DNA of 60,012 nucleotides, the filler included, from Dirinaria sp. TL-2023a (lineage: Eukaryota): the NCBI GenBank assembly GCA_051941275.1. It is 4 parts of 4 records of this genome, joined end to end, with 100 filler letters (N's around TTAATTAATTAA, not from the genome) between each part and the next. Parts side by side here need not be neighbours in the genome. Positions count along the whole stretch, not along the records: positions 1 to 14,965 come from JAVEBF010000570.1; 3 more parts are not named here. One strand, given 5' to 3'. The translations under genes and the position numbers were made by a program. The notes under the pieces were generated by a model. The model searched no databases and was not told where the DNA came from. It was given only the letters and a program-made list of their open reading frames with translations. This document shows, in pieces, positions 1 to 11,918 of this stretch (positions are counted from its first letter, which is position 1; every line of letters starts with the position of its first letter).

Positions 1-3000
1 CCCTCTTAACCTCGACAACATCCACCCGAACCCCCCTCCGGGGCCTAACCTCCTGCGCCTCGACCACGGTCTCAATCCCCGCGGGGACCCTCTCGTCCTC
101 GGGCCCCCACGGCAGGGCCTCGACATCGATCTCCGCTTCCCGGCCCAGGAGCGATTTGAGGATCACTTCGCTGCCGGCTTTACTCATGACCATGTTGTGC
201 TCCTTGCAGGACTCGCCGTGGACGCACTCGAGGCAGCCCTCGGCGCAGTGGCAGGCGCCCACGCGCTCGCACGCGCGCTGCAGCAGCACGTCCACGAACT
301 CGAAGGCTTTTGTCGAAATCCCCGAGCCCCCCGCGCCGCCTTTGGCGTCGTAGAAGGTCAGCCGCGCGGGCCGCTTGCGCGAGGTTTCCTTGGTCGCCAA
401 CTCCTTCAGGGCGTTTTTGCATTCGGTGCGCACGTCACCCGGCATGCTGATGACGTATTGCGGCATCAGGCTCAGCATGGCGTGTTCGGCGGCGTGGATG
501 GCGCCCGCGATGTTGATGCGCCGGGAGGCGAGGATGCGAAGGGCCGGTTTGGGCACGTCGAGCCAGAGGCCCTTGGACAGGATCTCGACGGGCGGGTTGT
601 CGACCTGGACGGCGTCGAGGATGCGCCGTTTGCGGTCGACTTTGAAGAAGCCGAACACGACGGCGCGGATCTTGATGCTGCCGTAGAAGGCGCGCGAGAG
701 GGAGTTCGGGATGCGCCGGATCGCTTCGGTTTCGATGGGGTCGATGTCCGTGTAGTCGCGCTGTTGGGTCGTCCAGTCCACTTTCACCAGCTGGACTCTG
801 GCGATCCGGTTTTCGGGCGAGAATTCGCGGACCAGGTACGTGTGGCCTTGGTGCAGGAAGATGCCGCCTTCGTAGATGGTGAAGAAGGCGCGCGAGGGCT
901 CGACTTCTTCCAGCACGATGTTGCGCCCGTTGGTGATGTCCACGACGGCGAAGTGGCCGTCTTCAGTGTCCCGGATCGCGACGCAGCGGGAGGGATGAGG
1001 CCGGAAGCGCGCGTTGCAGTGGTAGAAGCCTAGCGGGTCTTTCACCATCCGTTCTTCGACGATTTCAGGGAGCTGTTTGCCGAAGTAGGCGCTGTCTTTG
1101 TCGGGTCGAATAGGCATCTCGAATGCGGCGCACTGGACATGCCCTTCCAGTACCAGCATGTTTTGCAGATCGACCTGCAGCTCGCAGTTGGGTTTCGCGA
1201 AGATCTCGTCCGGGTTCTCCATGTAGTGCTGGTCGTTGGCGAAGCAGTCTCCCACGAGCACAGATAGAGAGTCCTTGTTCCGTCGACCGGCTCGGCCACT
1301 TTGCTGGCGGAGATTGGCAATGGTGTAGGGGAATCCGACAGTGATCACGGCGTCGAGTGAGCCGATGTCGACACCCAGTTCCAACGCGTTGGTCGCAATG
1401 ATCCCCATCAGCTTCCCGTCGAACATTTCTTTTTCGATGTTGCGTCTGTCTTGGGGGGAATAACCGCCTCGGTAGCCCATCATTCGAGCCGCCACATCGG
1501 GTCGTTCCAGGTTGGCCGCTTCATTGCGCACCGCAGTGATGAGAGCTTCGCACTGCTTTCTGACTCTACAGAACGCTATCACACGAACACCGCGCAGGAT
1601 CAGCTGACAGAACAGTCTCGCCGATTCGGCCATGCAGTCTGCTCTCCCGGAAGTGGGGTCCTTGGGATCTTTGAACGGGGTGTTCCAGCAGAGGAACTCT
1701 TTTCGTCCCGAGGGTGATCCATCAAAGTCCGTCAATTTGATCTTGTCCACTCCAAAAATGGTCTTCATATGCTCTTCCGGATTGGCAACGGTTGCAGAAC
1801 ACGAAATAAACTTGACATGGCGGTTTCCCACCGCCGCGCATATTCTTCGCAGTCTTCGCATGATGAAAGCGACGTGAGAGCCAAAAAGACCATTGTAGAC
1901 GTGGAGTTCATCCACAACGACATACCTCAGGTTTTGCAGGAATATCCGCCATTTATCCTCCTGTGGAAGAATCGTGATGTGAAGCATGTCGGGGTTGGTG
2001 AAAATGATCCTACCCTCCTCCCGAATGAGGTTGCGATCTGCCATCGCCGTATCACCATCAAAAGTGTCTATTAATACATTTTCGAGGCCTGGGATGTATT
2101 TTAATAACTCTTTCATGCTTCGTCTTTGGTCCTGCGCCAGCGCTTTCGTGGGGAAAATATACATCCCTCGACTGTTTGGGTCGAGTTCTAGCTCATGCAA
2201 CATGGGTAGCTGATAGATTAGAGACTTGCCGGAACTGGTAGAAGTCGAAACTATGACATTGTACCCGTCGTGAAGATTATTGATGGCTTCGGCTTGATGC
2301 GAATAGATCTGCGTGATCCCTTTCGTATTGTACAGTGCGTTGACGAGGTTCTGTGAAAGCGCAAAATTGAGGTCTCCGTAGACTGGTTCCTGAGGATCAA
2401 AAACCCGGTGACCATCCGGTACGATCTGCCCGGTGTACCAGTCCATAGACTTGATTTCGGCTATGATTTTAGAGATAGTCTTGCGTTCGCGAGGTATTGT
2501 AGGCGGTGGTTGAGACACATCCGCTGCCGGAGTATGACCTCTGCTTTCGGCCGGCATAGGAACATACGGCTTCTCAATGTTTTGCAAGACCTTAAGTGGA
2601 TCAGTGCCATCAGCGGCGCATTGGTTGAGAAACCCATTAACAGCGGAAGTGAATTTGGTATTCCTCTTTTCTATCAATTTCATCATCTGTTTCTGACTGT
2701 ACACAGGCATCTTCAGCTCCTCCTCCTTTAATTTTCGAAAAGGCTTGACTGGCTCGCCAGTCTTCGCATTCTGCACCTGGCGCTTGAGGTCTCCGTCAAT
2801 AAACTCAAAAAGTAGTAGCTCCTTGCTCTTGCCCGCACGTGTGCTCTCGCCTACATCCTCGTCTTCCTTCGATAGATCCAGTGATCGAAAGTCTCTCGCG
2901 CGTCCGTTCTGGATGCCATCTTCTTCTCCAAGCACGGCAACCTGCAAGGTTTCCTCGGCGACGTAGGCAAAATTAATTGCTCTCGGTACGAGAGCTTTGA

Positions 3001-3418
3001 TTCGGGCTACATCTTCGATCAACAGCTCTCGCTTGATGTGACCCTCGACTGCCTTCTTGATGGTCTCGAAAGTCGTCGCCAGGTGTTTCCGAGTGCAACA
3101 AAAGGTGTAGACAAGATTAAGAGCCCGGTGTGTCTGGGCCAGCTTGGTCAGCTGCTCGGGCCAAGGGACGGTAGTCTCGATGAAGGTCGAAGAATTTCGA
3201 CGCAGCAGAGATGGCCTCGGAGCTGTTCCGGTCGGCGCTGGTGTACGCCGTGGCTTCTTCCCTCCATCGTTCGTCTTGGTGGGCACAGTCGTAGTAGACG
3301 CCCCAATATCACTGGGTACCGCATCTCGGCTTTCGCCCCCTTCATCTTCGGCAATGGTTTTCCATTTCCTTTTCCGCACGACCTTGTTGGACACGGTCGC
3401 TGCCTGTAGCTTGACCAT
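1..3418 (-). CDS. HRQ1: Hrq1/RecQ4-like DEAH-box DNA helicase, 3' truncated at contig edge
   Basis: Minus-strand frame from ATG at 3418 (MVKLQAATVSNKVVRKRK) runs off the contig, so it is absent from the ORF track. Motifs read manually: STSTSSGKSLIYQLP (Walker A), YIFPTKALAQDQ, VVDELHVY, SATVANP, TNALELGVDIG, QQSGRAGRR. Confidence 0.9.
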   Translation of the reverse strand, partial: MVKLQAATVSNKVVRKRKWKTIAEDEGGESRDAVPSDIGASTTTVPTKTNDGGKKPRRTPAPTGTAPRPSLLRRNSSTFIETTVPWPEQLTKLAQTHRALNLVYTFCCTRKHLATTFETIKKAVEGHIKRELLIEDVARIKALVPRAINFAYVAEETLQVAVLGEEDGIQNGRARDFRSLDLSKEDEDVGESTRAGKSKELLLFEFIDGDLKRQVQNAKTGEPVKPFRKLKEEELKMPVYSQKQMMKLIEKRNTKFTSAVNGFLNQCAADGTDPLKVLQNIEKPYVPMPAESRGHTPAADVSQPPPTIPRERKTISKIIAEIKSMDWYTGQIVPDGHRVFDPQEPVYGDLNFALSQNLVNALYNTKGITQIYSHQAEAINNLHDGYNVIVSTSTSSGKSLIYQLPMLHELELDPNSRGMYIFPTKALAQDQRRSMKELLKYIPGLENVLIDTFDGDTAMADRNLIREEGRIIFTNPDMLHITILPQEDKWRIFLQNLRYVVVDELHVYNGLFGSHVAFIMRRLRRICAAVGNRHVKFISCSATVANPEEHMKTIFGVDKIKLTDFDGSPSGRKEFLCWNTPFKDPKDPTSGRADCMAESARLFCQLILRGVRVIAFCRVRKQCEALITAVRNEAANLERPDVAARMMGYRGGYSPQDRRNIEKEMFDGKLMGIIATNALELGVDIGSLDAVITVGFPYTIANLRQQSGRAGRRNKDSLSVLVGDCFANDQHYMENPDEIFAKPNCELQVDLQNMLVLEGHVQCAAFEMPIRPDKDSAYFGKQLPEIVEERMVKDPLGFYHCNARFRPHPSRCVAIRDTEDGHFAVVDITNGRNIVLEEVEPSRAFFTIYEGGIFLHQGHTYLVREFSPENRIARVQLVKVDWTTQQRDYTDIDPIETEAIRRIPNSLSRAFYGSIKIRAVVFGFFKVDRKRRILDAVQVDNPPVEILSKGLWLDVPKPALRILASRRINIAGAIHAAEHAMLSLMPQYVISMPGDVRTECKNALKELATKETSRKRPARLTFYDAKGGAGGSGISTKAFEFVDVLLQRACERVGACHCAEGCLECVHGESCKEHNMVMSKAGSEVILKSLLGREAEIDVEALPWGPEDERVPAGIETVVEAQEVRPRRGVRVDVVEVKR

Positions 3419-4098
3419 GGCCGGTACTCCAATTTGGCGCGCAATGCACAAAGCATGGGCCAAGCATAGCCAATACGTGTGGTTAGAGAATCAGTGCCTT
3501 TGGTAGGTAAACTCGGTAAAAGTAATGCGAAAGAAAGACGCGCCGCGTCTGTAAGTTACATGTACTAAGGTATCCGTGAGGTTTGGTACCGTACCGTATG
3601 CAGGTGGGATTCCAAGTGCCAAGGGCCGAGTTAACCCCAATCGGCAAGTGCCCGACTCGACCACCCTGATCTGCCAGAAGTACACCATCTCACAACGTAC
3701 CTAATTCATATTGCTTTTCAAGGTACCAAGTGTTCGAGCCTAAGGTTCCCTGAACCCAAAGAAGAAAAAAACCCCCACCCAATGGATCCAATTGATTCGA
3801 GACGAATTCTCCGACGATCGGGGCTTTTTTGCCACAATGATCTACGTATGGGGGAGTTGAAGATCTACGATGGTGGAGTCTAGAATAATATATCTGCATC
3901 GAATCGAAGCGGGATGACCGACGCCAAGTGCATCCGTGTGGTGCTACAAGCCTCGTCACAAGCCCGCTACCTCGTCTTGCTTAGGCCAAGGGAGATTCCG
4001 TCAGGACCAGCCTGGTCTGGCTTCCACGACAGTGCACGGACTGGGTTCGCGCAAGCTTGAACGTTCTCTTCCATGGCTCGCCCGAGCTGCTCCGCGTC

Positions 4099-6487
4099 TT
4101 AGATCTGTCGAGCTACATGGGAATGTCTTGGCTCTGCACGAAAGATCCCAGAAGAACCACGACAAAGGTTTGTCTGACTCTCGTCGAGCCCATTCTGCAC
4201 GCTCATGTTCGAGAATATGGCCTTCATCTCCCGCAAATCCTCCATCTCGGTCTGAGGATGCGCTTGGGAGGAGCGGTCTTCAATAAAGGCACGTATGTCT
4301 CGGATGATGGCTGGGTAACCCTCGTTGTTCGGAAGCCACCAGTGCAAAACCTCGGGTTCGTCCCAGAGTTCAGCCAGATTGCTACGAAAGCGTCGGGGGT
4401 AAATGTAGCTGTTCGGATGAGTACTTGATTCCATCGAGGCTCCGTGCAAGGGATTGGCTTACCCCAAACTCTCCATCTTGGCCAGCTTTCGGCGGCACCA
4501 CATGGTGTGTCGGGCATCCTTGGGCAAAAAAATAGTTGCGACGCCCAGGGAAGCCTGAGCCGCTAGGACAGCTCCAGGTGGGCTTTGTGGCCAGTATTCA
4601 ATCGCCTCGAAGAGCCGGCAGACCTCCAATGCGAGTAGTGGCAGTTCAGAGGGTGGTTGCTCCTGCAGCACCTCCGAGGTTTGGTTTTTATGGATCATCT
4701 CGAGGGAGATCCAATCCATTCTCATGAAATTGGCCAAGAAAAGTTCTCCGCGATACAGGCCTCCGGGCTTATACGGATCGACTATATCTTCCGGGTCTCT
4801 CGCCTTCGCGCCTTCGAAGTATTTTACCAGATATCGGCTATCCGACAGGAGTGGGCCCAGGTGGTCCATGAAAGATGCAAGTCTTTGGGAAATTGCTTCA
4901 TTTTCGCTCAAGAAGTCTTGTATTGTGATCTCTCTCCTTCGTAGTTTTGCAAAAAGCATAGCCATGTCCATGGCCAGCAGACGGTGGCTTGCCGTGGCGC
5001 TCTCCATCTTCAAGTTGATACTCTCTGGGTGTTCAAAAGCCTGGTGGCGATAGTAATCGCTGCTCGCACAAAACCACTCACGCCCAAGCACAAGTTCATG
5101 GCCTGACATGAATCCTGTTCGCATGTCAAATCTTTGGTACCATTCGAGAGTCCTTCGGCGCGATTCCGTTTCAAGGATCGTAGCTGGATTAAACAAATCC
5201 GTCAGTATCCCATATGCAGCTTTCTGATGACCGAGTAGGTTGACCCAGTCACCCAGGTACTCCTAAGGAGTGTTAGTCTTGTTCACCAAAAGCAGCACCG
5301 CACACACCTCAAATGTAGCGAGCTGTAAAATGGTGAGGAGTGTAGCGTGTGTTGGAGGGTGACCTTCGAACAAAGATTTACGTAGAAGTGTAACAGACTT
5401 GTTGTAGTAACCCAAGAAATCCTGTATCTTGCTGTTGGGGTTTTGGAGAGTCCTGTGAAATGCGGCAAATCCAACGATGGCATACAGTAAGGGATCGAAG
5501 TTTAGCGCGTACTCGACAAGGGAAACATGAATGAACTCGGTGGCATCATGCTTGAAAAAGTACTGGTGATGGGTAAGAGTTTGATGATATTCGAGCTGGA
5601 TTTGCACATCCGTAGGCAAATATGACCATGAGAATGCATCCTGCGAGGTAGCAGTGGATGCGGATGAAAATTTTCGGGGTTGTTGAGGACCATCTGACAT
5701 CGAGCGGGGTGCAGAGGGAGCGCTAGAGTTATCAGTCTGGGGAGAAAGGCTCGTTTCTTTTGTGTCTCTCCCGTGCTCGACAGAAGCTATAGCATGGCTA
5801 GGTGATGGAGCGTTCAGCCTCCTATTCGTATTGTCGGATATGGTTCTGGATCGCCTTCGTGCCTTGGAAGATGTTTTGGCGCTTCGCTTAGCAGCCTGTG
5901 CCTTTGCAGCCAATTTCTGGTCTGCTTCTTGCTCTTCGTCCTCATCATCGTTCTCTGATGATGAGGCGATGTCATGAGGAACCGACCGAGATTGCCCCAA
6001 CTTGGTGCTAAACTTCACGTTCGGCCGAGGTTCGGGATACACACATTCTCGCGAGCCCTTCTTGCATCCTGGTTGAAAAGGCGGGGAATGAGTCAACTTG
6101 GAGAGCATATTTCGGGGAGAGCACATCTCGAGGAGAGCGCACTTACGTTCGCAGACTGGGCGAGCCTCGTCGCACTAACCGGACCTGAGATTAGCAAGTT
6201 TTGCGGGCCTGGGATAGCAAAAGCACCTTGACACGTCGTTCCCTACACTTGTAGCAGCCGCTCCTGGTCCGCCGGTGCTTAACGTGCTCCTGGCCTGGAT
6301 GAATCCGTGCCCGGGCTTTAGTTGAATGTGAAGGCGGCAGGTCTGATGCGGCGGGATCGACACTATACCATTCACCACCTGGATCGGTAGAAAACCCTTC
6401 CGGTATGCCTCTTAGACTGGCAAATTGCGGATTGTGCTCAACGTTCTCGTGATAGTGCAACTGATCTGGCAGGAAATAGTTGCTCAT
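4099..6487 (-). CDS. Zn(II)2Cys6 transcription factor with fungal-specific middle/C-terminal domain
   Basis: Exons approx. 6487-6227, 6174-6147, 6068-5308, 5262-4463, 4408-4099. Splicing restores HRRTRSGCYKCRERRVK-CDEARPVCER-CKKGSRECVYP (six Cys), followed by ILQLATFE-EYLGDWVNLLGHQKAA. Confidence 0.9.
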
Positions 6488-9400
6488 GATGCTATCAAGA
6501 ACAAGGCACAGAACACTCAGGCTGTTGGTAAAACAGAGCCTGCAAACGTCGCTTTAGGTCTCCTTGAAGGAGGGGGGTTTCCCTCGCCCTCATGAGCTAA
6601 TAAAAATATTTATAGAGTGAAGGGAATTATTGCATATCAGAATGATCTACACTGGTCCGTGATGCAGTGCTAGCAACTGCCCTTGCCCGCCCGAGCGGAT
6701 CTACGAGGGATCAGCGGGCTAAATTGGTATCGGGAAGTAGGTGGAAGAGGGAAAATGGAAAGACTGGGCCAGAAGGAGACTTTAATGAAGTAAGCATACA
6801 CTGATTAACATGAGACGAAGGACCTACTTTTGCGAAGCATGCGTACGGTCAGGTACGTACTTGTCGGGGTACCCCACGCGCGCAGGAGGACGAGTACAGG
6901 AAGGGTAAATTGGACGAAGGGTCATAAGGGCGTTTGGATGTCTCAGAAAACCGTAGCATGATGTGGCGTTGATAGTAGGGCGAATGGTGCCATGGCGCTG
7001 GCAGGCTGGGTACAGCACGATCTACCCTCCGTCCCCTGCCTGCAGCACGAATCGTGTGGGCTCACTGGGCTGGGAGCCTGGGGGAAATTTTGGGGTGGAC
7101 GTGAACAGAGTTGGTTCCCAGGGGCCGAACCGTCCATGGTCCATGTCCAATGTCCAATGTCCATGTACCATGTACCACAGAAACACACCTCACACCTCAT
7201 TCTCCCAGGCGGGACGGACAGAAATGGCGTGGAGCATAAATCAGCAGCGATTGCCATTTCCCATTTGATAAGAGCATGCCATTCATGCATAATGTACCTT
7301 GTCATGGCACAGGAGAGGGGAGGGCAATTAGACCTTGAACGGGTGCCTGGTTCACCGTTCGCCCTACGGAGTAGCTCGACCTACATTATTACCTTTTGGC
7401 GTTTTTTTATTTTTTTATTTTTTTATTTTTTTTATTTTGCCTTTCCTTCTTTCACGCTTGCTGGCGCACATCAAACCTCGTGGAGCGGTTTCTGATGGCG
7501 CTGCTATGCCGAGTCCTAAAAGCGGACAGTAGCCAGAAGTAGGTGAGCATGGGCCAGGATGTAGGCGTGAGTCCCAGCCTACCAGGATGTGTGGCGGCGA
7601 AAGGAGCCTATGCCAGCTACCGAATGATCGGGATGACAGCTGCCGTCAAACAAGCTCATATGTAGCTGTGTCGATCTTCAAGGTCTGCCACCATCTCCTT
7701 CGACCGGGGAGGGGGGGGATGCTAACCAATCCTAATAAAGTCTATTTTCATGGATACCAAGTCCTGGAGATGGCCCAATGATGCCCAACGACTCAACCTG
7801 GACCTAGCAGCTCCCGGAGTCTTTGCACCGCTACGGCCTAGGTACGGAGTAACTCGTACTTGATAGTCTCGGATTCTCAGGAGAGTCCAGGGTCGCGACC
7901 AGGTACTTAAGTACAGTACCTTATGTACAGCACATGACCTACCTACCTAAGGTACCTAAGGTAAGTAAGTACTCGTACTGGTAACTCATACCTTATTATT
8001 TCCCTGCTCGCCATCCACTTGGTCTTGGCGCTGGCGGAGAGCTCTTCGGCAATTTTAGCCGCGCCCTTGTTCGGAGGTATGGATGGTATTCGTACTTTAC
8101 GTACTGTAGTGGAGAGGCTCAGAGGGTACAAGTACTGCATGTACCTACGCTACTTGTACCTAGGTAATGTACTTACTGTAGGTACCGAGGGTACCTTACG
8201 GAAGTACTTGCCTTAAGCTTGCTCCGGAGTTTGGGTACGGCGATCCTTTGACAAGGGCGCAGGATCGTGCGTGCACCTAGCCATGCGGGCACAGGCTTGT
8301 GGGATTTCTGACAGCCTGGGGCTGCATAATGCAGCACTGGTGCCGGCTACCAAACTTCAACAATGTTTGCCGCTGCAATGGTTGTATCGATATTCACGCT
8401 GGAAAAGTATGATTGATATCCTCCGTATATATCCTCACCTAGTGCTGCCAAACGCCGAGAGTATGCTCGGACACTGGTAGCATGACGACGGGTCCGGTCC
8501 TCGAGCTACTCCGAACTTCTTTGCTCGACTAATGCGACGTCTCATGTCCACGGTCCCTCATACTTTCAATCAATTTTCGTCTACAGTGGGTTTTCGGCAT
8601 CTGCCAAGAGCTAGCATGGGATCGATCTGTCGAGCTAAGTCATATACCGGCCGCGGCAGACGGATGTTGTGCTTCTGCATGAAAGTGAAAAGGAACCAAT
8701 GCTGCATGACAATACTTCCAATCGTGCAGTTTGTGGCGATCGGGCTGACAGGCAACAGTGCAAGTACTTAGTATACAAAACCAACAGCACTAGCTCTTAG
8801 ATGCAGTGACCGATCGGTCCGCTGCGTAGGGCACGGCTTGCGCGGTTCTAGAAGTAGATCGTGCAGCCTGAAGCGGCTCCACCAAGGCCCTTGAATTGTC
8901 AGCTGCAGCTGGCAAACTTTCATCGTTACTCGGTGGGTGTGTAGGATAATTGATCTAGACCAACAGACAACAATTCTCGTCCCTTTGCGTTGATGTAGGC
9001 AACGCAAGCTTATGGTTTTGTCTGGCGATTGATGGGTTACTCAACCATTCGCACCCTTTCCCTCGATATTTGGTCCTTTGGTCGCACTGTGCATTCTTAT
9101 TGCTAGCGTGGGCGATTCGCTTCTCTGGACCAGTGTTAGGCCGCGACAGAGCTGCCTTGGACAGGTCTACTGTTGTCTTTGATGAATTGCGATGCCCGCA
9201 GTGCACCTGCCTTTCAATCGTGTAGGGCATTGTTCCTGGTGGGGTCAGTCTTCCCATGATAAGACAGATCCCATGCACCTAGCTGGATTGCTGCATTGGC
9301 CACTGACATCCTGGCATAATGCTGATGTCAATGAGCTTTACAATACTTGAAGCAGGAATTGAGTTCCGGAGATGGAAGTTGATGACTTCACATTTAGTGC

Positions 9401-9653
9401 TTGACTTGACTTGAAGGACAAAGAGGTGGGCCTATGGTAGCTACGGCAATGGCCATAAACAATGATGCTTCCGACAGCGTTGAACATGGTTGGCTCCGTT
9501 CTAGCGATAATAATATTTTGCAAGAGAAATTTGCGCAAAATCCACAGAGATGAAAAACTTTGGAATATGCGATACCCAGCCACCAGGGTTCTTGATGATA
9601 GAACAGTAATTAATACTTCTAGGGCGACCATGTTACATCGCAGATCTACAGGT

Positions 9654-10904
9654 CTACATCGTTCGGCTTAGCCTTGGTACGTGATGTAGAAGTTTTGACA
9701 CATTGTGGAAAGCCTCCTGTGCTTTGCTTTTTGCATCTAGTTCTCGCTTTCGGTAAGTTTTTTGCTCTGTTTCGGCTCTCTCAACTTCATATTGATCCCC
9801 TACTGAATCAGAGTCTAGCATGGCTCTGTCTTGTTCATACGCGGGGTCTCGATCACGAACCTCATATAAAAGATCGGTCGTCCAGAGAGCCACCATTCCT
9901 CGCAGACGCCATAAGTTGGCTTGATCTGAGTACGGAGGCGACACTAAGAGCTCATCAAGGCGACTAGCAATCTCCGATGCGCTTTGCAGTGTTATAACGC
10001 TGATCCTCCTCGAGTCGATTGACTCGTGATCTACGCCCCTACCATCATCACCCTGCTTCAAGGCGTTCAAGACGCACCGGTGGTTTTCTTGTACCGCATA
10101 GATCCACAGTCCAAACATAGCTGGGTAAAATTGCATAGAGTTGGGAGCGTTAGGCATAGTTTTGCGGTATGGATACTGCAAAATGAGCCTTTCGTAATAA
10201 TCTTTGGCTTTGATAAAACCTTCCCGGCTAAATAAAGTCGATGGCTGTTGGTGCGCTCCAATATTGTGGGGAATAGCAGAGTGGTACTTCTCATATTCCT
10301 CAGTAGCTTCGGCCTCTGTTCGCTTCCGCTTAAGTTGAGTCTCACGGAGTAGTAATATTTCGGCGCCAATGCCCCATTGGTCATGGTTTCGTACGTCCAT
10401 GGAACGGCCTTGGGCCTTTGCTCGGAGAAGCATTCCCCATGCTCGACCGGCACGAACGTAGTCCCCTGACAAGAGGCTCTTATGGAGGATAGCTACGATG
10501 ACTGCTACGTGCTGTTTCCGTAAGCCAACGAGATCAGAAGACCCTCTCTGCACAGATCCTCGAGCTTGACGGCACTGGCGAGAAGAAGACCGCAGCAGAG
10601 GATCTCCAAGGTCTGACTCATCCTCACTACCGGAAGATTTGTCGGCTAAAGCACCAGACAGAGAGTCTTTAGATGCATTTGCCGCAGCTCTACCATTATT
10701 AGCCACGTGGCCGCTGTCATGGCTGGATCCTTGGCCGGATAGAGGAGCAATTGATGATCCGTCACCATCAGCATCGGCGGTAGTGGGAGATGCCAGGTCT
10801 GTTTCCCTGCTGCGTTTCTCTGCTCCCTTGCGCGGATGTTGTAGATTACGCCTTGAGTTTTGTCTCAACGGGAACGCTGGAGCAAAATTTGAGACAGATG
10901 ACAT
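9654..10904 (-). CDS. RRN11: RNA polymerase I core-factor subunit Rrn11-like protein
   Basis: Intronless 416-aa ORF. Segment RKQHVAVIVAILHKSLLSGDYVRAGRAWGMLLR...DVRNHDQWGIGAEILL resembles the Rrn11 conserved region (recalled, not searched). Confidence 0.6.
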   Translation of the reverse strand: MSSVSNFAPAFPLRQNSRRNLQHPRKGAEKRSRETDLASPTTADADGDGSSIAPLSGQGSSHDSGHVANNGRAAANASKDSLSGALADKSSGSEDESDLGDPLLRSSSRQCRQARGSVQRGSSDLVGLRKQHVAVIVAILHKSLLSGDYVRAGRAWGMLLRAKAQGRSMDVRNHDQWGIGAEILLLRETQLKRKRTEAEATEEYEKYHSAIPHNIGAHQQPSTLFSREGFIKAKDYYERLILQYPYRKTMPNAPNSMQFYPAMFGLWIYAVQENHRCVLNALKQGDDGRGVDHESIDSRRISVITLQSASEIASRLDELLVSPPYSDQANLWRLRGMVALWTTDLLYEVRDRDPAYEQDRAMLDSDSVGDQYEVERAETEQKTYRKRELDAKSKAQEAFHNVSKLLHHVPRLSRTM

Positions 10905-11918
10905 GGTCAGAGAATGATCTTAATTCGATTATCCTGGCAATCCGATTCGCGTCTGCAAAAGCGAATTCGATCTTTCCATAGACATGAGTTGTTGCAAAAT
11001 CTAAGAAAGATACGAGTTTTAGGTACCGAAGATTCTTTCAGTGAAAGGCTTCAATAGCTGTGCAAAGAACATTGAAAAGCTAAGATCAAAACAAAGGCGC
11101 CGTTGTCAGCATAACCAGTCTTTCAAAGCATTCTGTCGAGTCAGCCTGCTTAATTGGCCATGCAGTATGAATCCTAAGGAAGGTAACTTAAGTAATTGAA
11201 GTATCTACCTGGCCTTAATAGATACTTACATGTAACGTGTGTTTAAATAATACCAGAGTTTGACAATTTACTGTAAGGTCACTGAGCGAGACCCGGACAT
11301 ATCAGTCAAGGTAGAGTTGGGTTTAGCGCTGCGCCAATACCGCTAATACAGTAGCGGTTAGCAGGGGATGTGGTAATACCTTATTTTATATTCGCTTCGC
11401 ACTAAGCTACAAACTGGGCAGTCAAACGATGTGGTTTTACTAAAATACTTTACTTTCTAAGTTACGTTACTTTACCTTAACCCTCGCCAGCAGAGCAGTC
11501 CTGTTCGATTACCACACACATCACTCGCCATATTCACCATTCACTAGCCTTTAAACCCTCAATTTACACCTCGAATCATCCAGAGCTGGATCTTGACCTT
11601 CACCTCGGGCCGGAATGTTCGAACAATTCGGACTGTCGGAGATCACCATGAGGCTGCATTGAATCCCCGGGACTGGCAACCATCAAGTAAAGTGTTGGCG
11701 CCGGTGCTTCACAGCTTCCCACAAGACTTAAGGCTTTCGAGAGTGTATCTTCAAGGTTAGACTGTGTATGACTGGTGTCTCATCATCTACTCCGGTGCTT
11801 CTGCCTGACCGGCTTGTCCTCCCTTTATCACATCGATAGTCGGTAGCACACGAAACGATGGCATGATCTAGCAATACAACCAAATCCACAATCCTAAAGA
11901 ATCCTCACGAAGCCAGCC

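Noticed and set aside
197..1033. 278-aa plus-strand ORF
   Set aside because: Antisense shadow of the GC3-rich HRQ1 coding sequence.
6490..9650. Short ORFs in the 3-kb intergenic region
   Set aside because: No recognisable domains, consistent splice structure or coding-like composition.
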